Virus record (IMG/VR): IMGVR_UViG_3300031787_007614
Location: 124,001-188,000 of that record
Reading direction: 5' to 3' (one strand)
Length of the DNA stretch: 64,000 bases
The notes under the pieces were generated by a model. It saw only the letters and a program-made list of their open reading frames with translations, did not search any database and had not been told where the DNA came from. Of the stretch, positions 26,564 through 35,609 are shown piece after piece. Both the position numbers and the translations under genes were made by a program. Numbering within the stretch: the first letter of the stretch is position 1; each line of letters starts with the position of its first letter.

Positions 26564-26887
26564 TTATTTACCGGGTAGCGGCAAAGAGATCACCGCATGC
26601 TTTACTGCCACCCATGTAGCAAAGGTCTGATCTGGCACTTCAAACCATACAGGCACTGTTTGAGCGGGACTTAGCCCCCAGAGATTATTGTGCTCTAGTC
26701 TGCGTTTTACCCGGCTTTGAGTGCGCCAGTTTTTACCAAACATAACACGAGCCTCGTTCATAACTGCATACCATTCTTTAGTAGAATGCAATTGGAACCA
26801 AATACGGTGCATGACCAAAGGCGTTATTTCAAGCGAGTCAAGTGACTCAGGGATACTCAACGCAGAGCCCTCAATTTTGACAGTCAT
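26564..26887 (-). CDS. Hypothetical protein
   Basis: ORF with GAAAGG SD. Confidence 0.7.
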   Translation of the reverse strand: MTVKIEGSALSIPESLDSLEITPLVMHRIWFQLHSTKEWYAVMNEARVMFGKNWRTQSRVKRRLEHNNLWGLSPAQTVPVWFEVPDQTFATWVAVKHAVISLPLPGK

Positions 26888-26899
26888 TTCTAACCTTTC

Positions 26900-27068
26900 C
26901 AGATTTATCCTCTCGGCATACTCCCAGGGTACCAGCCCAGGTTTTGATCTTACAATCGAGGTCCTTGTCGCAACCTACAGGATTTACGTCCACTTGCCAC
27001 GGTCTGAGCAGGCCTAGGTTATCGATTCACCCCGCCCTACCATTAGACTACCCAATCTCTTTGATCAT
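26900..27068 (-). ncRNA. Candidate structured non-coding RNA or long leader
   Basis: No ORF longer than about 10 codons from the ATGs; follows a consensus promoter; several stems with GNRA-type loops. Confidence 0.4.
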
Positions 27069-27069
27069 G

Positions 27070-27105
27070 CACAGTAATTATAACTGTGTATGTTGAGATT
27101 GTCAA
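27070..27105 (-). promoter_or_regulatory. Perfect sigma70 promoter TTGACA-17-TATAAT, with the -10 flanked by CACAGT/ACTGTG inverted repeat
   Basis: -35 at 27105-27100 (contains the upstream TGA), -10 at 27082-27077; inverted repeat at 27070-27088. Confidence 0.9.
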
Positions 27106-27563
27106 GTGTTTTGTTTTTGTTTGACAAGATTGCACACAGTTTGAAACTGCTCGTATGCATCACGCACAGCCGGATGACTCATCAGTTTGTCTGCTTCGGC
27201 AATCATGGCGTTGACACCTGCTTCGGCATGATCTCGAGCACTGCCCATGGTCAGTGCGGCCAGACCATCACCAAACTCTTTTGCCAATTTTTCCCAGGCT
27301 TTCTTTTGTCCAGGAGTAATAGGTGTACGCTGTGGCCGCATCTCGCTAGATTTTCTAAGAGCATCACAGATGGCATCTTCCGCTACACGGCCTGCGGCAA
27401 TCATCGGAGCATAAGCGGGATCAATATTATAGTAGCGAGACCTGCCTCCGGGGTATACTGACACCAGGTGATTGCCTTTTGTAAAGCTATCCAAAAAGTC
27501 GCTGTCGTATTCTGTCACAGGCACATACCGACGTCCAATTTTTTCATAGTAAATTTTCTTCAT
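27102..27563 (-). CDS. Hypothetical protein
   Basis: ORF track; coupled operon. Confidence 0.8.
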   Translation of the reverse strand: MKKIYYEKIGRRYVPVTEYDSDFLDSFTKGNHLVSVYPGGRSRYYNIDPAYAPMIAAGRVAEDAICDALRKSSEMRPQRTPITPGQKKAWEKLAKEFGDGLAALTMGSARDHAEAGVNAMIAEADKLMSHPAVRDAYEQFQTVCNLVKQKQNT

Positions 27564-27790
27564 TTGCCAAAATACTTAATAACTGTGTTCAGTGCTTCCA
27601 CCAAACGAGTGTTACCTGCTACATCTTCGGGGTGCAACCAATATCCGTCTGGATTGGTTTCTGACCGAGGATTCTTTTTCCAATCACTGAGTTCTTTCTT
27701 GAGATAGGCTCTCTGCTCCTTGAGAGTTAGTACAGTGATGCAATCAGCGGCTTCGCCGTCCAGGGTAATAGGTCCAACTCTTTTGTTCAT
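27560..27790 (-). CDS. Hypothetical protein
   Basis: ORF track; coupled operon. Confidence 0.75.
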   Translation of the reverse strand: MNKRVGPITLDGEAADCITVLTLKEQRAYLKKELSDWKKNPRSETNPDGYWLHPEDVAGNTRLVEALNTVIKYFGK

Positions 27791-28215
27791 TAGCGATACT
27801 CCCGATCTAGTTTAACACTGGTCAATCCAGCAACCATTTGAAATTTGTCCCAGGCATCTTTCACTGCCGGGCGAGATTCAAGTTCACTGTCCGGCAATAC
27901 TGTTTCCAACCAGTATTCTGATCGGCGGCTTGGATGTGTGCCAAACTTGCGTGGCTGGTGTAGTCGACCAGTTTCCCAAAGTTCAATGCTAACACTGCGG
28001 AACTTGTCTTCATCTTCTTTACTGTTGAAATCATAGGCACTCCATTCTGCTCGGCTGCCGCCACCATAGCAGTATCCCGCCCAGATGCCTGCCCACTGTT
28101 CGTCATCTCTGGGATCAAAATCTGTACGAGTAATCAGCACCAACACATCGTCCATGTTCACACTACCTTCCACAATGTCTCGAACGCAACGGCTGTAACT
28201 GAGTCCAATTTTCAT
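27790..28215 (-). CDS. Hypothetical protein
   Basis: ORF track; coupled operon. Confidence 0.8.
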   Translation of the reverse strand: MKIGLSYSRCVRDIVEGSVNMDDVLVLITRTDFDPRDDEQWAGIWAGYCYGGGSRAEWSAYDFNSKEDEDKFRSVSIELWETGRLHQPRKFGTHPSRRSEYWLETVLPDSELESRPAVKDAWDKFQMVAGLTSVKLDREYR

Positions 28216-29585
28216 ACTTTTTCACCTGCTTCAAAGTCACGGAATCTCAAGAACCGGGGGAATCGGAGACTGTATGTTCCGTCTTGGTTTTGGGTGACTG
28301 CGTCCGCTTGGACTTCAACCAAGTGACCAAGTAGCTGATCCCTACTGGCCCAATACTCATCGCGAAGAGTATCACTAAACCCACTACCAACATTAACATG
28401 AATTCTACGGTCATTATCATCTCCTTCACAGATTATAGCACCCAACCGGTTTTCGTTCCTACCAGTTCCTTCTTCAAAACCCACAATGTTCAAATCAACT
28501 GTGATGGTGGGTTTCCATTTCATCCACGAGTCCGAACGTTTGCATTGGTATGGTGCGTCCAGGCTCTTGATCATGATGCCTTCAAAGCCACCTTCCACAG
28601 CAGCTTCCGCATAACGTTGCATGATGTCATGTCCTTCGGCTGTGTCCAGGTTCACATCCAAGCCTGGCATGATGCGCAGACACGTAGTCTCTTCCAATCC
28701 AGCGCGGGCTGACTCTAGCCATTCCAGACGTTTGTACTGCCCTGCATTCCAGTGCCCTTCTTGAAAAGCTTCAAGTGGGATGATATCAAAGATGTGATAC
28801 ACCATGCCGGTGGTTTCGGCGTTTGATTTGCGATGTGCTTGGCGCATGAGTTGCTGGAAACTTTCGCCCACAATCTCACCATCCAACACATAATGGCCAC
28901 CGGTACCACGTCCATATTGGAAGTGCTTGCGAGCATCTTCAATGGCATCGGCAACCTGCGGAAAGTTTTCAAATTCTTTGCCATTGCGACTGTATAGTGT
29001 GACTGTGGATCCACTAACCACTGCCAACACACGCACACCATCCAGTTTGCATTCCAGGCGCTTGATGCCTTTCATTTTCTTGGGATGATCTGTTGAGTCT
29101 TGTGCCAGCTGGCACGAGAAAATTGGTATCTTGTATTCGGTCTTGCCCACAACCTTGTTGATGGTCTTTTCTGAAATGCCGCATCGAAGGTCTTTGATCA
29201 ACACACGGCGGGCTAACATGTTCCATTCTTCCGAGTCAAACTGCTGGCTCATTTGTTCAACTGCTTCTCTAGCACGATTGCCTGTGATGTACCTAGTGCG
29301 TAGAGCTTCTAGCATGGCCCAGAACTGTGTCCAAGGATTGGCACGACCAGTCAGTCCCTCAGTCTCAGGCACCTGGCGGATGCCAAACACATAGAACGGA
29401 TTGTAGGCTTGGTAGCAATTGAACAAAAAACACTGTGCATCGGCACTGCCAAGCCGAGCAGCCATGAGAGCCTTTTCAATCACTTTTTCTTTGTGAATGC
29501 GACTGTCAGAGCTTTCTAGGTCTCGGATCCATCCTGCGGCCATTATGGCATCAAACCTTGAGTAGCTGTAATCGGTTTCATTCAT
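28212..29585 (-). CDS. lig: ATP-dependent DNA ligase
   Basis: KLDGVR (motif I), VLDGEI, FDII, EGIMIK, WMKWK, OB fold SLRFPRF. Confidence 0.95.
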   Translation of the reverse strand: MNETDYSYSRFDAIMAAGWIRDLESSDSRIHKEKVIEKALMAARLGSADAQCFLFNCYQAYNPFYVFGIRQVPETEGLTGRANPWTQFWAMLEALRTRYITGNRAREAVEQMSQQFDSEEWNMLARRVLIKDLRCGISEKTINKVVGKTEYKIPIFSCQLAQDSTDHPKKMKGIKRLECKLDGVRVLAVVSGSTVTLYSRNGKEFENFPQVADAIEDARKHFQYGRGTGGHYVLDGEIVGESFQQLMRQAHRKSNAETTGMVYHIFDIIPLEAFQEGHWNAGQYKRLEWLESARAGLEETTCLRIMPGLDVNLDTAEGHDIMQRYAEAAVEGGFEGIMIKSLDAPYQCKRSDSWMKWKPTITVDLNIVGFEEGTGRNENRLGAIICEGDDNDRRIHVNVGSGFSDTLRDEYWASRDQLLGHLVEVQADAVTQNQDGTYSLRFPRFLRFRDFEAGEKV

Positions 29586-29597
29586 ATACTTAACGCC

Positions 29598-30011
29598 TTA
29601 CCATGATGAGTTATAAAACACTTTCAAACCCATGAACATCTCTGTTCTAGCGGCTTTGATAAAGGCCAGGTCACTGTCATAGTAGTGCTGGTCTGAATTG
29701 TTGCCAAAGAAGAATCCCGATGTGGCTGGCAGTTGACGCTTTTTAACATCGCGTTCAAGGGCATCCAAGTCCTCAGCAGTGAGTTCCATTTCCACGCCGT
29801 TGAAAGAATCATATTTCAACTTCTTTTGCTCGGCTAATGTTTCCATCCATCCATGCAGGTTAGGATGCTTGCGCCAGTAGGCAATCTCACGCGGCTTGTT
29901 TACCTTTGTGTTCACATAATCTTTGGCGTCGTCGTTCCATTCGGAACCTTCGTAGTAGTCGCGGTGCTGGCCTTCACGGGTGGCCACATAAGCATACATA
30001 TCAAGACCCAT
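29598..30011 (-). CDS. Conserved phage hypothetical protein
   Basis: MGLDMYAY...EIAYWRKHPNLHGWM; AAGGAG SD. Confidence 0.8.
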   Translation of the reverse strand: MGLDMYAYVATREGQHRDYYEGSEWNDDAKDYVNTKVNKPREIAYWRKHPNLHGWMETLAEQKKLKYDSFNGVEMELTAEDLDALERDVKKRQLPATSGFFFGNNSDQHYYDSDLAFIKAARTEMFMGLKVFYNSSW

Positions 30012-30168
30012 TTGGTACTCCTTGTTGATGACGGTATTCGCGTTTGAGCCAATATTTGTATTTGGCAAAATAATCTGACATTGGATAAGTTGGCATGCGG
30101 CCAGTCCATTCTTCTATTTCAAGGCAGTGAGCATACCACTGCTGTTGCAACCAGCGTCGAAATGTCAT
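30001..30168 (-). CDS. Small hypothetical protein (55 aa)
   Basis: Start MTFRRW in an ATGA overlap. Confidence 0.65.
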   Translation of the reverse strand: MTFRRWLQQQWYAHCLEIEEWTGRMPTYPMSDYFAKYKYWLKREYRHQQGVPNGS

Positions 30169-30284
30169 GTCATTACCCATGTAATTGCTCGGGGATTCAT
30201 TGCTTGACGAGCTTGCCAGTAAGGCAGAGCCCAAGCCACATTGGTTTCTACCACAATCAGTCGTTTGTTGAAATAGACTTTCAT
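30165..30284 (-). CDS. Small hypothetical protein (39 aa; not in ORF track)
   Basis: MKVYFNKRLIVVETNVAWALPYWQARQAMNPRAITWVMT; ATGA overlaps at both ends. Confidence 0.6.
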   Translation of the reverse strand: MKVYFNKRLIVVETNVAWALPYWQARQAMNPRAITWVMT

Positions 30285-30565
30285 GCTGCCTCCAACATGT
30301 TAGCAGGCACTTTCCACAAGCCTTGCTGGGTGCTCACTGTCACATACTTGATAGCAATCTTGCTCACAGTACCTTGCATGGTCATGCCACGTTTGGTGCT
30401 GTGAAACTTCACTGTGTCACCTTTGGCAAATTGTCGGATATTGTGTTTACGCAGATTTGCCTTGGCAAATTGCACTGCACTGATGATGCTGTCAAGCTCA
30501 GTGTTTGAAAACTCACCAAACATGATTGCAGAGTTGACTTGCTGGATCTTGGACATCTGGGTCAT
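30281..30565 (-). CDS. Hypothetical early protein (SH3/KOW-like C-terminus)
   Basis: GDTVKF..GTVSKI..YVTV..WKVPANML; AAGGAG SD. Confidence 0.75.
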   Translation of the reverse strand: MTQMSKIQQVNSAIMFGEFSNTELDSIISAVQFAKANLRKHNIRQFAKGDTVKFHSTKRGMTMQGTVSKIAIKYVTVSTQQGLWKVPANMLEAA

Positions 30566-30570
30566 TTGGG

Positions 30571-30625
30571 GCTCCTTTGTTGCTTACTATGCCTAAATTA
30601 TAACAGATTGGGAATTATTGGTCAA
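30571..30625 (-). promoter_or_regulatory. Promoter TTGACC-17-TATAAT plus leader cassette copy 1
   Basis: -35 at 30625-30620 contains the upstream TGA; 30571-30602 is identical to 30944-30975. Confidence 0.85.
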
Positions 30626-30939
30626 GCCAATTCTAGTTCTTTGGCAGGAAAACGGATCTGGCCTTCGTAGTCCAGTTGGCTTTGTTCAAACTCTGTGAGG
30701 TAGTCATCGGCCTCTACTGACCAGTCAATGATGTGCTCACGGAAGTACTCTGAGTCTGACTCAACTTTGGGACGAATCAAGTCCACAATCACGCCAGGGG
30801 CATAACGCAAGGGATCAAAATCACGGATCACATAGTCAGAACCGCCCTTGGCTTTCCAGTAAGAAGGGCACTCACCTGCACCGTCCCAATCGTGGGCACC
30901 GTAGTTTTCATAAACTTGGGTGGTGATCAGCAGTTTCAT
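30622..30939 (-). CDS. Hypothetical early protein
   Basis: ORF with AAGGAG SD. Confidence 0.8.
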   Translation of the reverse strand: MKLLITTQVYENYGAHDWDGAGECPSYWKAKGGSDYVIRDFDPLRYAPGVIVDLIRPKVESDSEYFREHIIDWSVEADDYLTEFEQSQLDYEGQIRFPAKELELA

Positions 30940-30943
30940 TGTG

Positions 30944-30998
30944 GCTCCTTTGTTGCTTACTATGCCTAAATTATAGCAAAAACGGCTTTTCTAGTCAA
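30944..30998 (-). promoter_or_regulatory. Promoter TTGACT-17-TATAAT plus leader cassette copy 2
   Basis: -35 at 30998-30993, -10 at 30975-30970. Confidence 0.85.
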
Positions 30999-31112
30999 CC
31001 AAAATAATAACCCTACAATCACTAGGAGTTCTACTACCGTAAAATTAGTACGATAGTAGTACTGTAATACTTTCTGTTTAAGTACTACCAGTTGGGTTTT
31101 TAGTGGTTTCAT
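30966..31112 (-). CDS. 48-aa membrane peptide with a pilin-like FTVVELLVIV segment (not in ORF track)
   Basis: MKPLKTQLVVLKQKVLQYYYRTNFTVVELLVIVGLLFWLTRKAVFAII; leaderless. Confidence 0.6.
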   Translation of the reverse strand: MKPLKTQLVVLKQKVLQYYYRTNFTVVELLVIVGLLFWLTRKAVFAII

Positions 31113-31118
31113 GCCCTG

Positions 31119-31147
31119 ATTATAGCAGTTTGGGCATTATTTGTCAA
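31119..31147 (-). promoter_or_regulatory. Perfect sigma70 promoter TTGACA-17-TATAAT
   Basis: -35 at 31147-31142, -10 at 31124-31119; ATG 6 nt later. Confidence 0.9.
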
Positions 31148-31155
31148 TGTATACT

Positions 31156-33273
31156 TTAGTTTGCAATTTCTACGCCGCATGCTGGCGGCACAGGCGGTGC
31201 TGGATCTGGTTTTATGTCTGCGCCACTGAGCTTGTTTTCAGCCAGTTTCATTTGGTTCTCGCCTTCGCGTAAACTGCCAATCATGGCTTGACCGGCTAAT
31301 GTTGTGGTGTCAGCTATGTTTTGTAAGAAATCATATGGACCGCAAGTTTGGCATTCTCTGCCGTACTGTGACAGCATTTGAGAAAACGCCACAATTGAAT
31401 TTTGCTCACCTGACACCAAAGCAAAATAGTCAATACCAGCTTTGACTTGATAGGTTTTCTCTTTGTTGAGATATGTGGCAATGGCAATCCATGCAGTGTT
31501 CAATGTGCCGACTGTGGCAGTGTATGTGGGATTGGCATACAGTGTTGCTATGGCCGAGTTGGCATTGGTAATTTGTGTTAGCACCGCGGCATCGTTAGCT
31601 GCAACCAAAATATTAGTATAGGCGGTATTCAATGTGGCCAACGCTCCGGCAGTTTGTAGTGTTTGAACTGCTGCCGACGCTATGTCAAATTGCGCTGCCA
31701 GATTGTTGTAATCAATTGCTGTGCCCAACACATCACACATGGTAATATTGCCGTCTGTGCCTGATCCAGTGGCCACAGAATTATTGATGTAATTAGTAGT
31801 TGCGGCGGCAACAGGATTGGTCAATGCTTCAATTTGGTCCAGACCAGTCATGGTGTTTAGTCCACCAAGTGTGATTGGTTCCCAGTAGGTTGTGTTGTTG
31901 ATATTGGTACCAGCCGGAACATCATCTATGGCCTGATAAAACACAGTAGCGGGACTTAACACTGCCAGTGGAGGCTGCAATGTGCTGTTAGGATTGACTG
32001 GAGCAGCCGCCACAATGTCGTTGGCCAAGTAGTCACTGTTCACGTCCCAGGGATTGCGATCAAAGCCTTGTATGGTTTGTGCCAGTTCTGGCCAAGTGGC
32101 TAATGGAATATTTGTAATCTGTTGCACAGCCGCTTGTGTGGACTTGTTGGCCACAGCTTGATCTGGGGGAATAATTTTTGCCAACTCATCACACCCAGAT
32201 GGAGCAGGTAAAAATGCACCCACGGTCTCGGCTAGGTTCATGTTGACTGCACCATTGGTCTGGTAAATTGGCACAGGACCTGCTGGTGACGGTGTTAGTA
32301 AATTGGTATAACTGTTTGGAAACATCACAGCTGGATTTAACAAATCTGCCATGGTTGAAACATTAGGTGTGGTCACTCCCAGTATGTCTAATACATCTTG
32401 TAAGGCAGCGTCTGTGATACTGACCAATGCTGGGTATGCTTTTTTCTGTAGTTTATCAAATTCGTTTGGGGTGAGACCACTGGGATTGAACAATGACACT
32501 TTGTTGATGTTCACTAGGTTTGATATGTCTTGTAATGTCAGTCCTTGGTCCTGTAATGCATCACGAACAGCAGGCAACGTACCATTGATGGTGTTGCTTA
32601 CCTTTGACAACTGCGCCAGCAATGCAGCCGGTGTGCCGTATTCATTTAGTGTTTGTGTATTTGTTAACAATCCTTGATTGGCAATATCAGTGGCCAGTCT
32701 GCCCAATGCGCCGGGGCTATCATCCACTAGGCTTGCAATGTTATTGCTTACCAAGTTGCTCATGTTTGTAAATGTAGGGCCCAAATACGTTGCGGCGTTG
32801 CGTGTGCTGTTGATCAACGAATTGGTGGTGGTGATGTACCCTTGCATTGCCATGAATCCTTGACAAAATTTTCCAAGGTCTCTAGTGTCATTGTAGATGC
32901 CTAGATATGCATTACCAGTTTGTTGTACCAAGTCAGCAAATCCGTATGGATCCAATGTGGAAGCATCGCTTTGAGTAGGCAGGTATTCTTGAGTCAAGTA
33001 AGGAAAATTTGCCAATGGCAGTGCAGGAATGGCATCGCCTAGTGCTGGAATTGTGCTGGCACCAATACTCAACAACAAATCTAGTGTGCTTTGAGTTTTG
33101 AATGTCTGAGCTTGGTAATAGTTTACTGCGGCCAACCAATTCACTATCACTGTTTTACCATTGAATGTAGCAATTGCTGTGGTCAGTGCTGTTGGTAAAC
33201 TTTTGACGCCTTGATTGTTCATCAATCCGGCAGCAGCGTTTATTTCTAATGGAGTTAATACACCATTGGCCAT
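31156..33273 (-). CDS. Large putative virion (tail/baseplate) protein
   Basis: Ala/Thr/Asn-rich 705 aa; TAATG coupling to the PAAR gene. Confidence 0.65.
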   Translation of the reverse strand: MANGVLTPLEINAAAGLMNNQGVKSLPTALTTAIATFNGKTVIVNWLAAVNYYQAQTFKTQSTLDLLLSIGASTIPALGDAIPALPLANFPYLTQEYLPTQSDASTLDPYGFADLVQQTGNAYLGIYNDTRDLGKFCQGFMAMQGYITTTNSLINSTRNAATYLGPTFTNMSNLVSNNIASLVDDSPGALGRLATDIANQGLLTNTQTLNEYGTPAALLAQLSKVSNTINGTLPAVRDALQDQGLTLQDISNLVNINKVSLFNPSGLTPNEFDKLQKKAYPALVSITDAALQDVLDILGVTTPNVSTMADLLNPAVMFPNSYTNLLTPSPAGPVPIYQTNGAVNMNLAETVGAFLPAPSGCDELAKIIPPDQAVANKSTQAAVQQITNIPLATWPELAQTIQGFDRNPWDVNSDYLANDIVAAAPVNPNSTLQPPLAVLSPATVFYQAIDDVPAGTNINNTTYWEPITLGGLNTMTGLDQIEALTNPVAAATTNYINNSVATGSGTDGNITMCDVLGTAIDYNNLAAQFDIASAAVQTLQTAGALATLNTAYTNILVAANDAAVLTQITNANSAIATLYANPTYTATVGTLNTAWIAIATYLNKEKTYQVKAGIDYFALVSGEQNSIVAFSQMLSQYGRECQTCGPYDFLQNIADTTTLAGQAMIGSLREGENQMKLAENKLSGADIKPDPAPPVPPACGVEIAN

Positions 33274-33560
33274 TATCCTGCCCTTACATCGCCACTGCCA
33301 CCGGCTCGAGCATGACCACAAGTGTCTGCATCTCCAGTTAGGCTTACTGCTATTCCACCAGCTCGTACTGTGCCCGAACCGCCTGCGGTTGAGGGTCCGC
33401 AATGTATGCCAGGACATCCTCTTCGTCCACAACAAGGATGGGCGCTGACACCTTGCCCAGTTGTGGCAATTGGTCTTCCGTTTATGCGTACCGAACCAAT
33501 ACCCGATGTAATCACACCGCCTGCTCCGTTTGCATCACCCACTCGTTGTATTCCTGGCAT
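33273..33560 (-). CDS. PAAR-domain spike tip protein
   Basis: RVGD, VRINGRPIA, HPCC..H, VRAGG, GDADTCGH. Confidence 0.9.
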   Translation of the reverse strand: MPGIQRVGDANGAGGVITSGIGSVRINGRPIATTGQGVSAHPCCGRRGCPGIHCGPSTAGGSGTVRAGGIAVSLTGDADTCGHARAGGSGDVRAG

Positions 33561-33561
33561 G

Positions 33562-33855
33562 TTATCCTACTAAGATTTTCTTTTCTGGCACCTTTATGCC
33601 TGTAGTTGCTTCGATGTATTTCATACGCACATTTTCATCCGTCAATGAATGAATAGCAACACAGCTCATATTTAGCCGGGGATTTTTGTCAGGATCTGCG
33701 GTAAACATACTCGGCACAAGTCCCATGCCTTGTGGACCTGGGGCCACGCTTACAGGATCCTGTAAGATAGCATAGCCCGACTCCATGTCCACAAGTTTGG
33801 CAATCATTTCTTCGCCAGAGTTCAGTTTGAATGTGTAAACTTTTCCAATTTCCAT
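33562..33855 (-). CDS. Conserved Sm-like/hypothetical phage protein
   Basis: TFKLNSGEEMIAKL. Confidence 0.7.
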   Translation of the reverse strand: MEIGKVYTFKLNSGEEMIAKLVDMESGYAILQDPVSVAPGPQGMGLVPSMFTADPDKNPRLNMSCVAIHSLTDENVRMKYIEATTGIKVPEKKILVG

Positions 33856-34085
33856 TATTTGCTTTCTGTTAGTTTTGTTCTGAGTTCGGTGAACCCGCCT
33901 ACCAGTTGATCATCTAAAAAGATCTGTGGTACTGTACGAGCATTTGGTACTGCTTCTAGTAGTTGTTCTCGTGTCCAACCATGCATAATATTGCGTTCTT
34001 CAAATTCAATGTTACGTGATTTCAACAACGCCTTGGCTTGGTCGCAGTAGGGGCATTGGTCTTTTGACCATACAATTGCTTTCAT
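33855..34085 (-). CDS. grx: Glutaredoxin
   Basis: CPYC, TVPQIF, GGF. Confidence 0.95.
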   Translation of the reverse strand: MKAIVWSKDQCPYCDQAKALLKSRNIEFEERNIMHGWTREQLLEAVPNARTVPQIFLDDQLVGGFTELRTKLTESK

Positions 34086-34086
34086 T

Positions 34087-34497
34087 TTATTTTCCTTCTT
34101 TTGATTTGTCGTAAGTCTTGGCAAAGATATCTGTTTTTACAACACCGTAGTCACCAGGACCATGTCGAACAATGTAGTCATTGCCACGAGTGTATTCTAA
34201 GTTGCCCCATGATGCTCGAACAACACCGTCATGGTCAGCAAGACGAGCAACCTTCATGATCTTCTTGGGCGTAGCAGTGCCATCTTGATTATCATCGTAG
34301 TAGGCAGCAAACTTGATAGGACTCACAGGATACCGTTCGCCCTTGGGTCCTGTAATAATCTTAAAACCAACTGTGTAGGCAACAGGACCTTCGAGGGTTT
34401 CTATAGTTCCGTTGTCTGTGGCAGTTTCATACTTGATAGGTGTTGGATGCTTGTAGGTTTCAAATCCACCTTGTTGGAACCATTCGTCGTTGATCAT
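34087..34497 (-). CDS. PGDYG-family protein
   Basis: TLEG, GPKGERYP, PGDYGVVKTDIF. Confidence 0.8.
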   Translation of the reverse strand: MINDEWFQQGGFETYKHPTPIKYETATDNGTIETLEGPVAYTVGFKIITGPKGERYPVSPIKFAAYYDDNQDGTATPKKIMKVARLADHDGVVRASWGNLEYTRGNDYIVRHGPGDYGVVKTDIFAKTYDKSKEGK

Positions 34498-35594
34498 AGG
34501 TTTGGTAACTCGTCGTAGTCAATGGCATCGCCCATCACGCCAATAACATAATTGGTTGATTCATTTTCCTGCAAGGCAGTTTGCTTCTTGCTGGTGTCCA
34601 CATGCTTGTTGAACCATGGAATGGGTGTGGAGCGTGGTGCTGGTTCTAGATACTTGATGCCAATTTCTTTCAAGGCATTGGCTGCTGTGTAATCTACAAA
34701 GTCTTTTAAGATTTGTGCGTTAAGGCCAATCACTGGTCCCTTGTTGAACAAGTAATCAGCCCACTCTTTTTCTTCACGGATCACATCCAGGTACAGTTGA
34801 TACACTTCTGCTTCACATTCTTGTTTGGCTTGAGCAAAGCGAGGGTCTTCTTTCACCACTTGATTGATGATCCACCCTGTCCATTCCTTGTGCAGGATTT
34901 CATCTTGCAGGATCAACTGAATGATGTTGCCATTGCCAATGAAGATGCGATTTTCTACCATGGCCAAACTGGTAGCAAAGCTAACCATAAAGCGGAATGC
35001 CTCCAATGCGTAACTGGCATTGAGAGCCAACCAAATTGCTTTAACGTGGCCGTGATCTTTGACAGGAACTTCTAGTTCTTTTTCGCAGTTGACCATGTGC
35101 AAGTGATCGTAATACTTGCCCACGCTTGACGCCATGTCCACAATCTCTTTGGTGTCGTGGATGGTGTTGAACACATCCTTGGGCACATTGTAGATGTTGC
35201 GAATGATGTGACTGTAACTGCGTGAATGAATATTGGTTTCAAAGAAACTCCAGTTGTACATCAATGCTTCTAATTCTGGAATACTAATTACAGGAGTAAA
35301 CACCTGTGCTGGACCACGGCCTTGCAATGAGTCTAGTGCTGTTTGGCGCAATAAATTTGCAGTAAAGATATGCTTGACTGTGTCTGACGCTTCTTTGAAG
35401 TCATTGGCATCTTTGCTTAGACTAATCTCTTCTGGAACCCAAAAGAAACCGCGAGCTTCTTGTTCGTACTTGGCCAGTTTGTTGTATTTGACTTCTTCAA
35501 ATCGCTGAATGGTTACAGGACCTGCAGGATCCAGAAACATCTTGCGATGCAGGTAATCTGTTTTGGTTGATAAGTTGTATTGTGCTTGACTCAT
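34494..35594 (-). CDS. nrdB: Ribonucleotide reductase class Ia beta subunit
   Basis: FFWVPEE, ETNIHSRSY (radical Tyr), LEAFRF, DEILH. Confidence 0.97.
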   Translation of the reverse strand: MSQAQYNLSTKTDYLHRKMFLDPAGPVTIQRFEEVKYNKLAKYEQEARGFFWVPEEISLSKDANDFKEASDTVKHIFTANLLRQTALDSLQGRGPAQVFTPVISIPELEALMYNWSFFETNIHSRSYSHIIRNIYNVPKDVFNTIHDTKEIVDMASSVGKYYDHLHMVNCEKELEVPVKDHGHVKAIWLALNASYALEAFRFMVSFATSLAMVENRIFIGNGNIIQLILQDEILHKEWTGWIINQVVKEDPRFAQAKQECEAEVYQLYLDVIREEKEWADYLFNKGPVIGLNAQILKDFVDYTAANALKEIGIKYLEPAPRSTPIPWFNKHVDTSKKQTALQENESTNYVIGVMGDAIDYDELPNL

Positions 35595-35609
35595 TTTGTT
35601 ATTTTCCTG

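Noticed and set aside
27020-27035. GGGGTGAATC match to the c-di-AMP (ydaO) riboswitch
   Set aside because: The other conserved ydaO elements are absent; a short match is expected by chance
26990-27060. tRNA-like D-arm TAGTCTAATGGTAGGGC and GGACGTAAATCC
   Set aside because: No acceptor stem, valid anticodon stem or TTCRA T-loop; kept only as an unclassified ncRNA candidate
31156-33435. ORF-track N-terminal extensions (also at 1493, 6217, 15495, 18898, 20123, 30068, 44058, 47210, 51665)
   Set aside because: They overlap neighbouring genes or promoters; downstream starts have SDs or ATGA/TAATG coupling
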